DNA of 64,000 nucleotides from Rhodoferax sp. (GCF_013791765.1 NZ_VMTC01000112.1); one strand, 5' to 3'; positions 1 to 10,025 are shown, counted from the first letter of the stretch. The notes: generated by a model from the sequence alone, not told the origin. A program made the numbers and translations.

Positions 1-2057
1 ATTTCAGTCAGCGCCGTACCTGCGTTATCCGACAGCTTGGCGCCTTCCACCACCCCTTGGGTTGAGCGCTCCATGGCGCCCACGGCATCCTGGGTGTCGG
101 TCTGAATCGCCTTCACCAGTGCCGAAATCTGACGCGTCGCATCGGCCGATCGCTCAGCGAGTCGCTGCACTTCCTCGGCCACCACAGAAAAGCCCCGTCC
201 GGCTTCACCTGCTGATGCCGCTTGAATCGCAGCGTTGAGCGCCAGCACGTTAGTCTGCTCGGTAATGTCAGAGATCAGCTCCGTGATTTCACCAATCTCC
301 TGGGACGATTCGCCCAGCCGCTTGATGCGCTTGGATGTTTCCTGGATCTGGTCCCGAATCGAGTTCATGCCCCCAATGGTGTTTTGCACCGCCTTCAAAC
401 CGACTTCCGCAGCCTGTAGGGACTGCCGGGCCACCGAGGCCGACTCCTGCGCCTGCACCGACACGTCATTGATTCGCGACGCCATGTCCACGACTGAACG
501 ACCCGTTTCCCGAATTTCATGCAACTGTTCGTTAGAAGCGGCCAGCAACTCCGTTGACGTGGTGTCCACGTCGGCCGTTGTTTGCGCCACACGGGTTACC
601 GTACTTTGCACGTTGCCTACCAAAGACCGCAATTCTTCTACCGTGTAATTCACGGAATCGGCGATGGCCCCGGTGATGTCTTCTGTCACAGTGGCTTCTT
701 GTGTCAAATCACCTTCAGCGACAGTTTGCAGCTCGTTCATCAAGCGCAAAATGGCCGCCTGATTGGCATCGTTCACGCGCTTGGCCTCTTTCTCCTGGCG
801 CTCGGCCTCCAGGCGCTGCGCCTCTGCTGCGAGTTGGCGCTTGCGGCTGTCGAGCAACTGAACATAGGACAGGCCACCGGCACACAGAAGCGCCAGCAGG
901 ACCGAACCTACCAGCATTGACAAGGAGCCTGCGCCAATACCTGCCTGTGATGACAGTTTGCCCTGCAATTCTTCAAGACTGCGACGCAAAGGTTCACTGT
1001 CGGTCACGATAGAAACCTGTGCTTCACGGGCCGAAACCAGCCCTTGCAGATTTCCCAGAATGGCGCCAGCCTGCTTGCGGGTTTCCTCAAACAGATCGAT
1101 CAAGGCCGCCAACTGCTCACGTGTCTGGGCATCTTTGGACGCACTCAAGCGCAATTCGGAGTTGCCGTCCAGCATGCCTTGAGCGATTTCCTTGAATGTG
1201 TTCAAGTCCTTGCCCAGCAGGAACACGGCCTCTGGACTCACGCCCTCAGCGGTTAGAAACTCATTGGAAGACTTGCCAATGCGTTGTGTCAACATCACCA
1301 ACTGACCAGCTGCAGATATTTCGGTGGCGGCGGCATTTTGCTGCAGCTTGAGCGAGGAAATCGTTTCTGCGATTTCCAGCAAATCTGAAGATTGACGGTT
1401 GATGAGCCGCAGCGCTGTACCCACTTGGGTTAATATTTTTTGTTGGCCCACGACAACCCCTGCATTTTTCTCCGCTCGCTCCGTCAGAGGCGCAATTTTG
1501 TCAAGTTCCGGCGAGTAATCTTCACTCAATGCGCTAAGGCTCAATTGCTCGTCACCGGCCTTCAAGCCCCGCACTGACTTCGCCAGAACGCCCGAACTCT
1601 CCACCACGTCAGGGAATGCTTCTGCACCGCCGACTAGCGCTTGCGAAACCGACTTCGCCAGACGCTGCGACTGCATCAGGGCTTGCCCCGTGGCCCCCAA
1701 CTGTTGAGCAACCTTGTTGGCCTGGCTTAATGCAAATGAGGTGAAGATGACGAGCAATATCAGTGCCAACCCCAACATCATGGAGAGCAAGCGCTGATGC
1801 TGCACAACCGTCTTTGTTCCAAGCACGGGAAGGGTGATCAGGTTACCAGCTTCTTCGTTCGTCGCCGCTCCTGCGTCTGCGCCAGATTGGCCCGACGCAA
1901 CCGAGGCTCTTTGCCCGTCGTCTGTTGTGCCTGTCACGTGATCCATGTCCATGGGGTAGACGGTGGCGCCCGGCATGCCAAGACTCAAGCGAGAATCTTG
2001 ATCCGACTCAGGCGCCTTTTTGCCAAACAAAATTTTCAGTTGATCAACGACGGACAT
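1..2057 (-). CDS. pilJ: Methyl-accepting chemotaxis protein of the Pil-Chp twitching-motility system (PilJ-like); the 3' end runs off the left edge
   Basis: Absent from the ORF track because no stop lies in the window. Reverse-strand reading from ATG 2057-2055 gives [14 protein letters not shown]... and a TM-like segment [19 protein letters not shown]. In the same frame, about nt 60-300 encode the canonical MCP hairpin [45 protein letters not shown]. It lies directly downstream of pilG-pilH-pilI. Confidence 0.85.
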   Translation of the reverse strand, partial: MSVVDQLKILFGKKAPESDQDSRLSLGMPGATVYPMDMDHVTGTTDDGQRASVASGQSGADAGAATNEEAGNLITLPVLGTKTVVQHQRLLSMMLGLALILLVIFTSFALSQANKVAQQLGATGQALMQSQRLAKSVSQALVGGAEAFPDVVESSGVLAKSVRGLKAGDEQLSLSALSEDYSPELDKIAPLTERAEKNAGVVVGQQKILTQVGTALRLINRQSSDLLEIAETISSLKLQQNAAATEISAAGQLVMLTQRIGKSSNEFLTAEGVSPEAVFLLGKDLNTFKEIAQGMLDGNSELRLSASKDAQTREQLAALIDLFEETRKQAGAILGNLQGLVSAREAQVSIVTDSEPLRRSLEELQGKLSSQAGIGAGSLSMLVGSVLLALLCAGGLSYVQLLDSRKRQLAAEAQRLEAERQEKEAKRVNDANQAAILRLMNELQTVAEGDLTQEATVTEDITGAIADSVNYTVEELRSLVGNVQSTVTRVAQTTADVDTTSTELLAASNEQLHEIRETGRSVVDMASRINDVSVQAQESASVARQSLQAAEVGLKAVQNTIGGMNSIRDQIQETSKRIKRLGESSQEIGEITELISDITEQTNVLALNAAIQAASAGEAGRGFSVVAEEVQRLAERSADATRQISALVKAIQTDTQDAVGAMERSTQGVVEGAKLSDNAGTALTE

Positions 2058-2078
2058 GGTGAAACCCTTGGTAAAGAC

Positions 2079-2609
2079 TTAAGCGCTAATGCTGAGAAAT
2101 TCTGGAAGTTGAGACAAAGACTGCAAGTTGATTTCCTGCCAGTGCGCGCCGCTGAGATCGGTGTACCGGGTACCAAAAAACACCGGAGAACCTTCAGGTG
2201 GCAATTGAGCCTCGGAAAAAGCGTCGCGTTTGCGAAGTCCGGACAGACTGTCCACCATCAAAGCACAGTTGAGTTCCAGCGCTGAGTTAAAAGTAATCAC
2301 ACTGTGCTCGGCGAGTGATTGTTCTGTTCTCGGTCGCGAGGATTTGTTGCTCAGGAAGGCAGCCAGATCAACAACGCCGAAAAGGCCGCCACGCAAATTG
2401 ACAACACCCATGAACCAGGGCTGACAGTAGGGCACCAGTTGGACGTTGAGTAGCGGAAAAATCTCGCCGGATTGCGCCAGTGGAAAAAGATAGTTTGACT
2501 CGCCTGCCTTGACGGCCAGCCAGGCAACCGACACGCCACCAGAGCGAGCCGCCTGCAATCGGCTGGCGAGGCGGGTCTGGAGTTCTCGAAGTGCTTCGCG
2601 ATTAGCCAT
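2079..2609 (-). CDS. pilI: CheW-like coupling protein (PilI-like), 176 aa
   Basis: ORF track 2079..2609(-). CheW-domain-like sequence (YLFPLAQSGEIFPL...VVNLRGGLFGVVDL). Its position between the CheY-like genes and the MCP matches the canonical pilGHIJ order. Confidence 0.8.
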   Translation of the reverse strand: MANREALRELQTRLASRLQAARSGGVSVAWLAVKAGESNYLFPLAQSGEIFPLLNVQLVPYCQPWFMGVVNLRGGLFGVVDLAAFLSNKSSRPRTEQSLAEHSVITFNSALELNCALMVDSLSGLRKRDAFSEAQLPPEGSPVFFGTRYTDLSGAHWQEINLQSLSQLPEFLSISA

Positions 2610-2624
2610 GCGATCCTGAGGATT

Positions 2625-2990
2625 TCAGCCCAGCGCCTTGATCTTGACCATCAATTCGGCGGCATCAACCGGCTTGGTGATGTAGTCGCGTGCGCCTTGA
2701 CGCATGCCCCATACCCGGTCTGTTTCCAGGCTTTTGCTGGTGCACATGATGATCGGGATGTCCGAATACTCGGGCGTACGGTTAATTGAGCGCGTCAGCT
2801 GAAATCCATTTTGACCGGGCATCACGACGTCCATAAGGATTAGATCTGGCTTTTCTTCTGCGAGACGGCGCAAGGCTTCATCAGCGCCTTCTGCCGTGCG
2901 AACTGACATACCGTTTTTTTGCAGCAAATTGGTCATGAACATCAACTCGGTTTTGGAGTCGTCCACGATCAGTACTTTATGAATAGCCAT
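2625..2990 (-). CDS. pilH: Single-domain CheY-like response regulator (PilH-like), 121 aa
   Basis: Receiver signature KVLIVDDS...DLILMDVVMPGQNGF...MCTSK...ITKP. Its ATG overlaps the pilG stop by 1 nt (TAATG). Confidence 0.85.
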   Translation of the reverse strand: MAIHKVLIVDDSKTELMFMTNLLQKNGMSVRTAEGADEALRRLAEEKPDLILMDVVMPGQNGFQLTRSINRTPEYSDIPIIMCTSKSLETDRVWGMRQGARDYITKPVDAAELMVKIKALG

Positions 2991-3388
2991 TAGTTAACTC
3001 CTTGGGTGACTTTGCCGAACTGCTGTACAGCTTGCAACAATTGGTCTTTGGTAAATGGTTTTGTCAGATAATCCTGAGCCCCGACCATGCGCCCACGCGC
3101 TTTGTCAAAGACGCCATCTTTGGACGACAGCATGACAATGGGAACATCTGAATACTTGGCATTGCGTTTGATGATCGCACAGGTCTGGTACCCATCCAAT
3201 CGGGGCATCAGGATGTCGCAAAAAATGAGATGGGGCTGGTAGTCATTGACCTTTGCCAAAGCATCAAACCCGTCTTCCGCGAGCATGACTTCGTGCCCAC
3301 CCTGCTTCAGAAAAATTTCAGCGCTACGCCGGATGGTGTTGCTGTCGTCAATCACCAGAACTTTGAAGGTCGATCCAGTCGTATTCAC
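2990..3388 (-). CDS. pilG: Single-domain CheY-like response regulator (PilG-like), 132 aa
   Basis: Receiver signature KVLVIDDSNT...HLIFCDILMPRLDGY...MLSSKDG...LTKPF. First gene of the pilGHIJ block. Confidence 0.85.
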   Translation of the reverse strand: MNTTGSTFKVLVIDDSNTIRRSAEIFLKQGGHEVMLAEDGFDALAKVNDYQPHLIFCDILMPRLDGYQTCAIIKRNAKYSDVPIVMLSSKDGVFDKARGRMVGAQDYLTKPFTKDQLLQAVQQFGKVTQGVN

Positions 3389-3449
3389 AAAACAATGCTC
3401 CTGAATTGGTGATTAATTTCCGCGATAGTACACATTTCAATCATGGCGC

Positions 3450-3623
3450 CTAAATTTGCACCATTTCGAAATCCTCCTTGCGGGCCCCACAGTCTGGACA
3501 AGTCCAGTTCACAGGCACTTCACTCCATGCCGTTCCCGGCGCCACGCCGTGTTCGGGATCCCCGGTCTCTTCGTCATAGATCCACCCACAAATCAGACAC
3601 ATCCACGTGTTGGTCAATTTCAC
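3450..3623 (-). CDS. Rubredoxin (about 50-57 aa, below the 60-aa ORF-track cutoff)
   Basis: My own reverse-strand translation gives (V)KLTNTWMCLICGWIYDEETGDPEHGVAPGTAWSEVPVNWTCPDCGARKEDFEMVQI*, with the two rubredoxin CxxCG knuckles. Stop is at 3450-3452. The start is either GTG 3623 or ATG 3602. Confidence 0.8.
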   Translation of the reverse strand: MKLTNTWMCLICGWIYDEETGDPEHGVAPGTAWSEVPVNWTCPDCGARKEDFEMVQI

Positions 3624-3849
3624 AGCCTAAAGAGCCTTCGAATAGAATGCAGACACAAAAAAGGGGCCATTCGCGAGCTCCGCTGAACGCCAGACAGTGT
3701 TCCATTTTGCCTGAAGAAATTTCTTAAATCGCGTACATCACCCCCCATGCTTTCCCTAGTAGCCAAACACTTGACTGGGTCTTTGCTAAAGCGCTGACGG
3801 CGCGGCGGGTTGCCTCATTTGTTTATCTCCACTCTGAGACTCTTTCCCC

Positions 3850-5172
3850 ATGACACCTCATACCGATAACAACCAAGTCCTGTTCGAACGCGCCAAGCGC
3901 GTGATTCCTGGGGGTGTCAATTCGCCTGTCAGGGCCTTCAAAGCGGTGGGCGGCACGCCACGCTTTGTCAAACGTGCCCAAGGCGCCTATTTCTGGGATG
4001 CCAACGACCAGCGCTACACCGACTTCATTGGGTCCTGGGGACCCATGATTCTGGGGCACGGCCACCCGGCAGTCGTGCACGCAGTGCAGGCTGCCGTGCT
4101 TGAAGGCTTTTCTTACGGCGCGCCAACTGAGCGCGAAGTGGAACTGGCCGAAGAGATCTTGCGCCTGGTTCCGTCCATGGACATGGTGCGCCTCGTCAGT
4201 TCAGGGACCGAGGCCGCCATGAGCGCGATCCGCCTGGCCCGCGGCGCCACGGGGCGCAGCAAGTTCATCAAATTTGAGGGCTGCTACCACGGGCACGCGG
4301 ACGCACTTTTGGTCAAGGCGGGCTCAGGCCTGGCCACTTTCGGCAACCCCACCAGCGCTGGCGTGCCGCCTGAGGTGGTGCAACACACTGTGGTGCTGGA
4401 ATACAACAACATAGAACAGCTTGAGGCAGCCTTTGCCGTTCAAGGCGATGAAATTGCCTGTCTGATGATGGAGCCGATTTGCGGCAATATGAATTTTGTG
4501 CGGGCGAGCGTGCCGTTTGTGAAGCGCTGCCGCGAGCTCTGCACCCAGTACGGCGCGCTGCTGGTGTTTGACGAGGTTATGACCGGATTTCGCGTCGCGC
4601 TGGGCGGCGCACAAAGCGTCTATGCCAAAGAAATCCCCGGTTTTGAGCCGGACATGACTGTGTTGGGCAAGGTGATCGGAGGCGGCATGCCATTGGCCGC
4701 TTTTGGCGCCAAGCGCGCGGTCATGGAGCATCTGGCGCCTTTGGGCTCCGTCTATCAGGCTGGCACACTGTCAGGTAACCCCGTGGCGACCGCCTGCGGC
4801 CTGGCCACCCTGAGCGAAATCAGCAAGCCCGGGTTTTATGAAAAACTTTCGCGCACCACGCGTTCACTCACTGATGGCTTGAAAGCAGCCGCAGTCGCCG
4901 AAGGCGTGGCTTTTAGCGCCGATAGCGAAGGCGGCATGTTTGGTTTCTTTCTGCTGGACACCTTGCCGCAGAATTATGTCCAGGTCATGAAGTCAGACAG
5001 CGCGCGCTTTAACCAGCTTTTTCACGGACTACTTGATCGCGGTGTGTACATCGCACCAGCACTGTACGAGGCTGGATTTGTCAGCGCAGCCCACACCGAC
5101 GACGACATCGCTGCCACTGTGGCAGCAGCGCGCGCGGTATTCAGTGCTGTGCGTTTACATCATGCCCGCTAA
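3850..5172 (+). CDS. hemL: Glutamate-1-semialdehyde 2,1-aminomutase, 440 aa
   Basis: Full-length ORF. Typical HemL N-terminus [25 protein letters not shown] and class-III aminotransferase body ([10 protein letters not shown]...GKVIGGGMP). Confidence 0.95.
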   Translation: MTPHTDNNQVLFERAKRVIPGGVNSPVRAFKAVGGTPRFVKRAQGAYFWDANDQRYTDFIGSWGPMILGHGHPAVVHAVQAAVLEGFSYGAPTEREVELAEEILRLVPSMDMVRLVSSGTEAAMSAIRLARGATGRSKFIKFEGCYHGHADALLVKAGSGLATFGNPTSAGVPPEVVQHTVVLEYNNIEQLEAAFAVQGDEIACLMMEPICGNMNFVRASVPFVKRCRELCTQYGALLVFDEVMTGFRVALGGAQSVYAKEIPGFEPDMTVLGKVIGGGMPLAAFGAKRAVMEHLAPLGSVYQAGTLSGNPVATACGLATLSEISKPGFYEKLSRTTRSLTDGLKAAAVAEGVAFSADSEGGMFGFFLLDTLPQNYVQVMKSDSARFNQLFHGLLDRGVYIAPALYEAGFVSAAHTDDDIAATVAAARAVFSAVRLHHAR

Positions 5173-5225
5173 GCCGCATGGACGCCAGGTAGTTGGTTTT
5201 CATGTTTCCTCGTGACCCGTAACGC

Positions 5226-5573
5226 TCACACAGACTGGGTCGGAGAACCCTTTGGGAGGCTTGCGCTCAGCGCTTCATGGCCCGCAGCATCCAGGCGCTT
5301 GATCTCGGCGCGCATTTCGACGCGCAGCTTGGCGTCGAGGTTGATCAAGGGCTCATCAAACAAAAACAGTTGCGGGTCACGCGCCAGGGCACGCCCCATG
5401 GCGACGCGCCGACGCTGGCCACCCGAGAGCTGCGCCGGTCGGCGGTCCAGCAGTTGCTCGATCTGCAACATGGCGGCCACCTCATGGATGCGTTTGAGGC
5501 GCGCCGCTTTGGCCATGTTGTGCAAACCGACGGTGATCGGCTTGCTGTCAGCGCAGCTGAACGCCACCCCGTT
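5226..5573 (-). pseudogene. Internal fragment of a sugar-type ABC transporter ATPase (MalK/UgpC-like)
   Basis: Only the Q-loop to Walker B part is present ([54 protein letters not shown]). There is no Walker A. The C-terminal sequence then degenerates and stops. Confidence 0.75.
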
Positions 5574-5663
5574 TCAGATCATGAAGCCGTAGATGAAGGC
5601 GAAGCCCAGGACAAAGCCCGGCGCGATCACCAGCTTGGGGAGCACGGTTTCAAATGATTTCAT
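5574..5663 (-). pseudogene. 29-codon N-terminal stub of an ABC sugar permease
   Basis: MKSFETVLPKLVIAPGFVLGFAFIYGFMI* looks like the first TM helix of a MalF/GtsB-type permease. It abuts the ATPase fragment, which implies an internal deletion of most of two permease genes. Confidence 0.55.
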
Positions 5664-5737
5664 AAACACGTTGGCTTTTGGGTTAAGAGCCGGGAACCCT
5701 TGTTGGAATACCTGCGCTACCATAGAACCTGACGAGC

Positions 5738-6031
5738 CGGGTGTTGCACTACGTTCGTGTCCCCCGCCAGAAAGCTTCCGGCTTTCTGGCTCCTCCTTGA
5801 CCTCACTTCGCGCAACACCCGACTCATCAGGTTCCGGCACGGTTTTGGTTTGCCCACATGCAAATCCAAATCCAAATCCAGATTTGAATTCAGATTTGAA
5901 TTCAGATTTGAATTTAAATCCAAACCTGAGCGTCTAGCAGTAGGGTTGGGGTGCGTGCCATAGCGAAGTCAAGGAGGAGCCCGGAACGGGCGGGGGACAT
6001 GAGCGGCGGTACGCACCCCGACCCTGCTGTG
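5738..6031. repeat. Composite nested-palindrome element with a central microsatellite
   Basis: An about 90-nt unit is present twice in inverted orientation (5738-5826 and 5938-6031). The shared blocks are TGTCCCCCGCC and GGCTCCTCCTTGAC. Each unit is closed by its own stem: CGGGTGTTGC/GCAACACCCG and CAGTAGGGTTGGGGTGCGTGC/GTACGCACCCCGACCCTGCTG. Confidence 0.8.
5861..5926. repeat. Tandem microsatellite (AAATCC)x3 followed by (GATTTGAATTCA)x about 3
   Basis: Read directly: caaatccaaatccaaatcca gatttgaattca gatttgaattca gatttgaattt aaatcc. The two repeat types are partly complementary (CAAATC/GATTTG). Confidence 0.9.
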
Positions 6032-6112
6032 GGTAATCGTCACAACGGTTAGCCACAAAACGCCTTCAAGAAGTGTTTGCAGGCAACGCCTTTAACAGAA
6101 GCGAACCCCAAC

Positions 6113-6936
6113 TTACTTGGTCGCCGCCGCCTTCGCGATGTTCTTCACACCGTCAGTCACAGAGATTTTGTCGTCATTCCAGAACTGGCTGATCGCGTCT
6201 TTAATGGCGCCCTCAGCCGCCGGGCTGATCGCCATGGCGTGCGCTACCGACGGCACCAGGCCGCCGGCTTTGGCCGTTGCCACAAAATCCTTGCTCGATA
6301 ACTTGGCGCAGTCGTCAAACTTGGCCATCTCCATGTTCAGGCGCACGGGAATGGAGCCCTTATTCAGGTTGAACACTTCCTGAAATTCCGTTCCCATGAT
6401 GGCAGCGGCCAGGTCAGCCTGCGCCTTTTGCGCGCCGACATCTTTCAGCTTGAACATCACAAAGGAGTCCACGTTGAAGGTGAAGGCGTTGGCCGTACCC
6501 GGCGCGCCGGCGCAGTTGTAGCCCTTGCCCGGCACCTTGCCAGCGGCGCTGAACTCGCCTTTGGCCCAGTCACCCATGAGCTGGAATGAGGCTTTTTCCT
6601 GAATCACCAGGGCCGTGGCCAGGTTCCAGGCTCGTCCCGGCGACGCTGCATCGGTGTAGCCCTTGATCCTGCGGAATGTCTCTAGCGACCTGCTCATGGA
6701 CAAGCCCTTAGTGCCTTTCGATCCAGCTTGACAAGTGCGTCGCTGTAAAACTTGGCGCCGCCAACACCCAGCACCACGTCTTCAAAGGTGGTGAAGTCCT
6801 GCCAGTTCTGGCCACCGCGCGCGACCGCAATCAGACCGGCCTTCTTGACCTTTTCAGCTGCAGCGAAAAAATCCTCCCAGGTCTTGGGAACGCCCGCCAC
6901 ACCGGCTCTTTTCAGCACGGCGGCGTTGGCCCACAT
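6113..6936 (-). pseudogene. Frameshifted, 5'-truncated periplasmic sugar-binding protein of a glucose/mannose-type ABC transporter
   Basis: Two overlapping ORFs in different frames (6694..6936 and 6113..6703) together read like the C-terminal about 270 aa of an extracellular solute-binding protein (WANAAVLKRAGV...KTWEDFFAAAEKVKKAGLIAVA... / ...GYTDAASPGRAWNLATALV...MGDWAKGEF...). No signal peptide or N-terminal about 100 aa is present. Only 168 bp remain before the next gene. Confidence 0.75.
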
Positions 6937-7103
6937 CCAGTTGACTCCTGATTTGCCAGCTTCTCAAGCACGCAAAGCGACGAAGCAGCGGGTTGATTCG
7001 TGCAAACACGGTGCTGCTCAAATTAATTAATTGTCTACCATCCACAAGAGGGGGATTTACCCCAAGGATGTTCTGCAGAACATTCCTAGGATGAAAAGTG
7101 GGC

Positions 7104-8105
7104 TCAAGCCACCAGGGCCAGTGCGCCAAAGTCACCGACCTGCTCACCCAGGCCGGCGCTCACCAGCTCGCAGCCATCGGTCAGGGCCGGTAACTTGCCG
7201 TGGATATGGGCCTGCAATTTGGGCAGCAGCAAGGCACGGTGATGCCAGTAAACGCTGCCCCCCAAGCTGATGCGCTCCAGGTCAAGCGTCACGATCAGGT
7301 TGTACAAGGTGCGGCCCATGATCCGACAAAATTCATCAATAATGGCTGTAGCCCCCGTATCACCTTCGTAAGCAGCTTTGAAAAGAATAGCAGGATCGGT
7401 ATAGCCCAAGGTGCCGAAGCGCCTCGGAATGGCGTTGCCGGCAATCAGACCTTCCACATCCCCGATGTTGCCGCAGCCGCACAGGGCGTCATCGTTGTCG
7501 CTCACAAACAGATGGCCAGCGTGGCCGGCATTGCCGTTCTTGCCGCGCAGCACATGGTCGTCCACACACAGGCCGACGCCAACGCCGGTGCTCCAAGTCA
7601 CGTAGGCGCAGTTCGCCATTGGCTGGCCGTTGCGCTGCAGCGCGCCCCAGCGCCGTTCGGCCTCCAAGGCGCCGATGCCATCGTTTTCAACCCGCACCCG
7701 GGCAAACACCTGGCGCAATGGCGCCTCCAGCAAGGCGGTCTGCCAGTCATTGGGCAGGCCGCGTGCCTTGCCCGCCAGGCCACCGCAAATATTGGGCGCC
7801 GCCAGTTCAACCAAGCCCTGGTTCAGCACAAAGGGGCCGCAGGAGGCCACGCCCAGCGCCGACAGATCGCCGGGGGTCACGCCTGATGCAGCGCAACTCT
7901 GTCCGATCAGACGGATGATTTGCAGGGCCAATGCATCATGCGCACCTTCTTTGGCGGTGGGCTCGGTCACCCGGCCGCGCACGCCGTGCGCGTCAGCGAT
8001 GCTGACCGCCACTTTGGTGCCACCAATGTCAACGCAAGCAACTGGCGCGGCGTCCGGTGCCAGGCGAAAGCCGTGCAGTAAAACGTTTTGATTCATGGTG
8101 TTCAT
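7104..8105 (-). CDS. ROK-family sugar kinase (probable glucokinase), 333 aa
   Basis: N-terminal ATP-binding motif VDIGGTKVAV and the ROK zinc motif HAGHLFV...CGCGNIGDVEGLIAG. The neighbours are sugar-transport remnants and hexR-zwf. Confidence 0.85.
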   Translation of the reverse strand: MNTMNQNVLLHGFRLAPDAAPVACVDIGGTKVAVSIADAHGVRGRVTEPTAKEGAHDALALQIIRLIGQSCAASGVTPGDLSALGVASCGPFVLNQGLVELAAPNICGGLAGKARGLPNDWQTALLEAPLRQVFARVRVENDGIGALEAERRWGALQRNGQPMANCAYVTWSTGVGVGLCVDDHVLRGKNGNAGHAGHLFVSDNDDALCGCGNIGDVEGLIAGNAIPRRFGTLGYTDPAILFKAAYEGDTGATAIIDEFCRIMGRTLYNLIVTLDLERISLGGSVYWHHRALLLPKLQAHIHGKLPALTDGCELVSAGLGEQVGDFGALALVA

Positions 8106-8306
8106 TTCAGCAAAGGTGCAGCGTCAAAGCAAGGAAGGGGAAAGCGTCGATCACGTCCGACTGTAGTCGTCACGCAGGCGCACGGTGTCATCCTCGCCCA
8201 AATAGGTTCCAAACTGTACTTCAATGATTTCAGCCGGAGCCGGGCTGTGGGTGTAGTCAATGAGCCCCGATGCTAATCGCTCAGCGTTGCCTGAGTTACG
8301 GCGGCG

Positions 8307-8750
8307 TTACCGTTGTGGCTGCTGTGCCTGCGCCCAGCGCACGATGTCAGCAGCGCCCATGGCCCCGGCCTGACGAGCCAGCTCTTTGCCATTGGAGAAC
8401 AAGGCCAGCGTCGGAATGCTGCGGATGTTAAAGCGCGCGCCCAGCGCCTGCGCCTCTTCGGTGTTGACCTTGGCCAGGCGAAAGCGCGGTTCCAGCTGCT
8501 TTGCTGCCTGCTCAAACGCAGGCGCCATCTGGCGGCACGGCCCGCACCACGGCGCCCAAAAATCCACCAGCACCGGAATCTGGCTGCGGCTGATGTGGCG
8601 CTCGAAATTACTTTCATCAAGCGCCAGCGAATGCGCTGTGAAAAGCGGTTGGTGGCAACTGCCGCAATCGGGTGCGTTGACCAGATCGTCACTGCGCACC
8701 CGATTTGTGGTGTGACAGTGCGGACAAACAATGTGCAGAGAGTCAGTCAT
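8307..8750 (-). CDS. trxC: Thioredoxin 2 type thioredoxin with N-terminal zinc finger, 147 aa
   Basis: N-terminal CPHC...CGSC zinc-finger cysteines followed by the WAPWCGPCR active site. Confidence 0.9.
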   Translation of the reverse strand: MTDSLHIVCPHCHTTNRVRSDDLVNAPDCGSCHQPLFTAHSLALDESNFERHISRSQIPVLVDFWAPWCGPCRQMAPAFEQAAKQLEPRFRLAKVNTEEAQALGARFNIRSIPTLALFSNGKELARQAGAMGAADIVRWAQAQQPQR

Positions 8751-8960
8751 GATAAATATCCCTTTCTGGACCCCACATGGCGGCTAGAGCGCTGATCTTC
8801 AAGCCCACCCAGGGCAGCGCCTTGTCCAGCGCAATGACACTATAAAAAAGAGCGCAACATCTATGCTACACGAGGGATAGACGCCAAAAAAACTCGAAAT
8901 ATTGCAGTTGATTCGCACCCTGGCGTGGCGCAGCCGTCGATACCGCGTGTGCGCGCTCCC

Positions 8961-9809
8961 TCATGTGTAGCGCTTGCTGCGCAGGTTGTTCTTCATTTCG
9001 CTCAGCAGCGGTTGCAGCTTGTCGCCGCCAATCGCCAGGGCCACGCAAGTGGCCAGGATGTCGATGATCAGCAAATGCAGCAGGCGCGACACCATCGGGC
9101 TGTAACGATCGAAGCCCTCAGGGTGATCGGCCGCCAGGTGAATGTGGCCGGCCGCTGCCAGCGGTGAGCCGCTGGCGGTGATGACAATGGTGGTGGCACC
9201 ATGCTTGCGCGCAATGTCGCAGGCGTCCATCAGATCGCGGGTGCGCCCTGAGTTGGAGATGATGACGACGCAGTCACCCGGGCGCAGCAGCGTCGCCCCC
9301 ATCACCTGCATGTGGCCGTCGCTGTAGGCGACGGTGTTGATTCCTAAGCGAAAGAACTTGTGCTGCGCATCCTGGGCCACGATGCCGGAGTTGCCCACGC
9401 CAAAAAACTCGATGCGTGTGCCCTGCGCGTAGGCCTGCATCAGCGCGCTGGTGGCCTTGTCCATGGCTGCGGCTCTGGCGTCGTTGCGGTACTTCAAGAA
9501 GGCGGCCACCGTGTTGTCGATGACCTTGACCATGATGTCGCTGGTCTTGTCGTCGGCATCGACGCTGCGGTGAATGAAGGGCACGCCCTCGCTCACGCTA
9601 CCGGCCAGTTTGAGCTTGAAGTCCGACAACCCGTCGTAGCCGACGCTGCGGCAAAAACGCACCACCGTGGGCTTGCTCACATGGGCACGCTGCGCCAGTT
9701 CGCTGATCGGCTGCTGTGCAAAACTGCGCGGATCACTGAGCACGAGCTTGGCCACGCGCTGTTCAGCCGGCGCCAGTGACGGCAGGCAGGCTTTGATGCG
9801 GTCAAGCAT
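8961..9809 (-). CDS. hexR: RpiR/HexR-family transcriptional regulator (HTH + SIS domain)
   Basis: The track ORF 8961..9833 starts at GTG. I prefer the ATG at 9809, which gives the typical MLDRIKACLPSLAPAEQRVAKLVL N-terminus. SIS-domain body (FFGVGNSGIVAQDAQHKF...). Located next to zwf. Confidence 0.85.
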   Translation of the reverse strand: MLDRIKACLPSLAPAEQRVAKLVLSDPRSFAQQPISELAQRAHVSKPTVVRFCRSVGYDGLSDFKLKLAGSVSEGVPFIHRSVDADDKTSDIMVKVIDNTVAAFLKYRNDARAAAMDKATSALMQAYAQGTRIEFFGVGNSGIVAQDAQHKFFRLGINTVAYSDGHMQVMGATLLRPGDCVVIISNSGRTRDLMDACDIARKHGATTIVITASGSPLAAAGHIHLAADHPEGFDRYSPMVSRLLHLLIIDILATCVALAIGGDKLQPLLSEMKNNLRSKRYT

Positions 9810-10025
9810 GAAGATGGCCCCCACACTTGTCACAACGCGCGCTGCGCGAGGCCTTGCAGGCCGCGGCTCGCGAGACGCTTCGCCTCTGTCGCCTGTCCAA
9901 GCCTGCGCAAGCAGGCTTGGAGCCGCAGGCTCCAGCCCCTCGGGAGCTAATTTTGGCTTTCGCCGAACTTCGCTTCCTTGGGGCGGCCCGGCGGAAAATT
10001 GCCCTCGTCCGTGGCTCCCACGGGC

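Noticed and set aside
5861-5926. Possible CRISPR array
   Set aside because: The repeat units are 6 and 12 nt with no spacers, and no cas genes are present. It is a microsatellite.
5593-5963. Track ORFs reading through the microsatellite (for example ...NPNPNPDLNSDLNSDLNLNPN...)
   Set aside because: These are translations of a tandem DNA repeat inside a palindromic element. They have no start context and overlapping frames on both strands.
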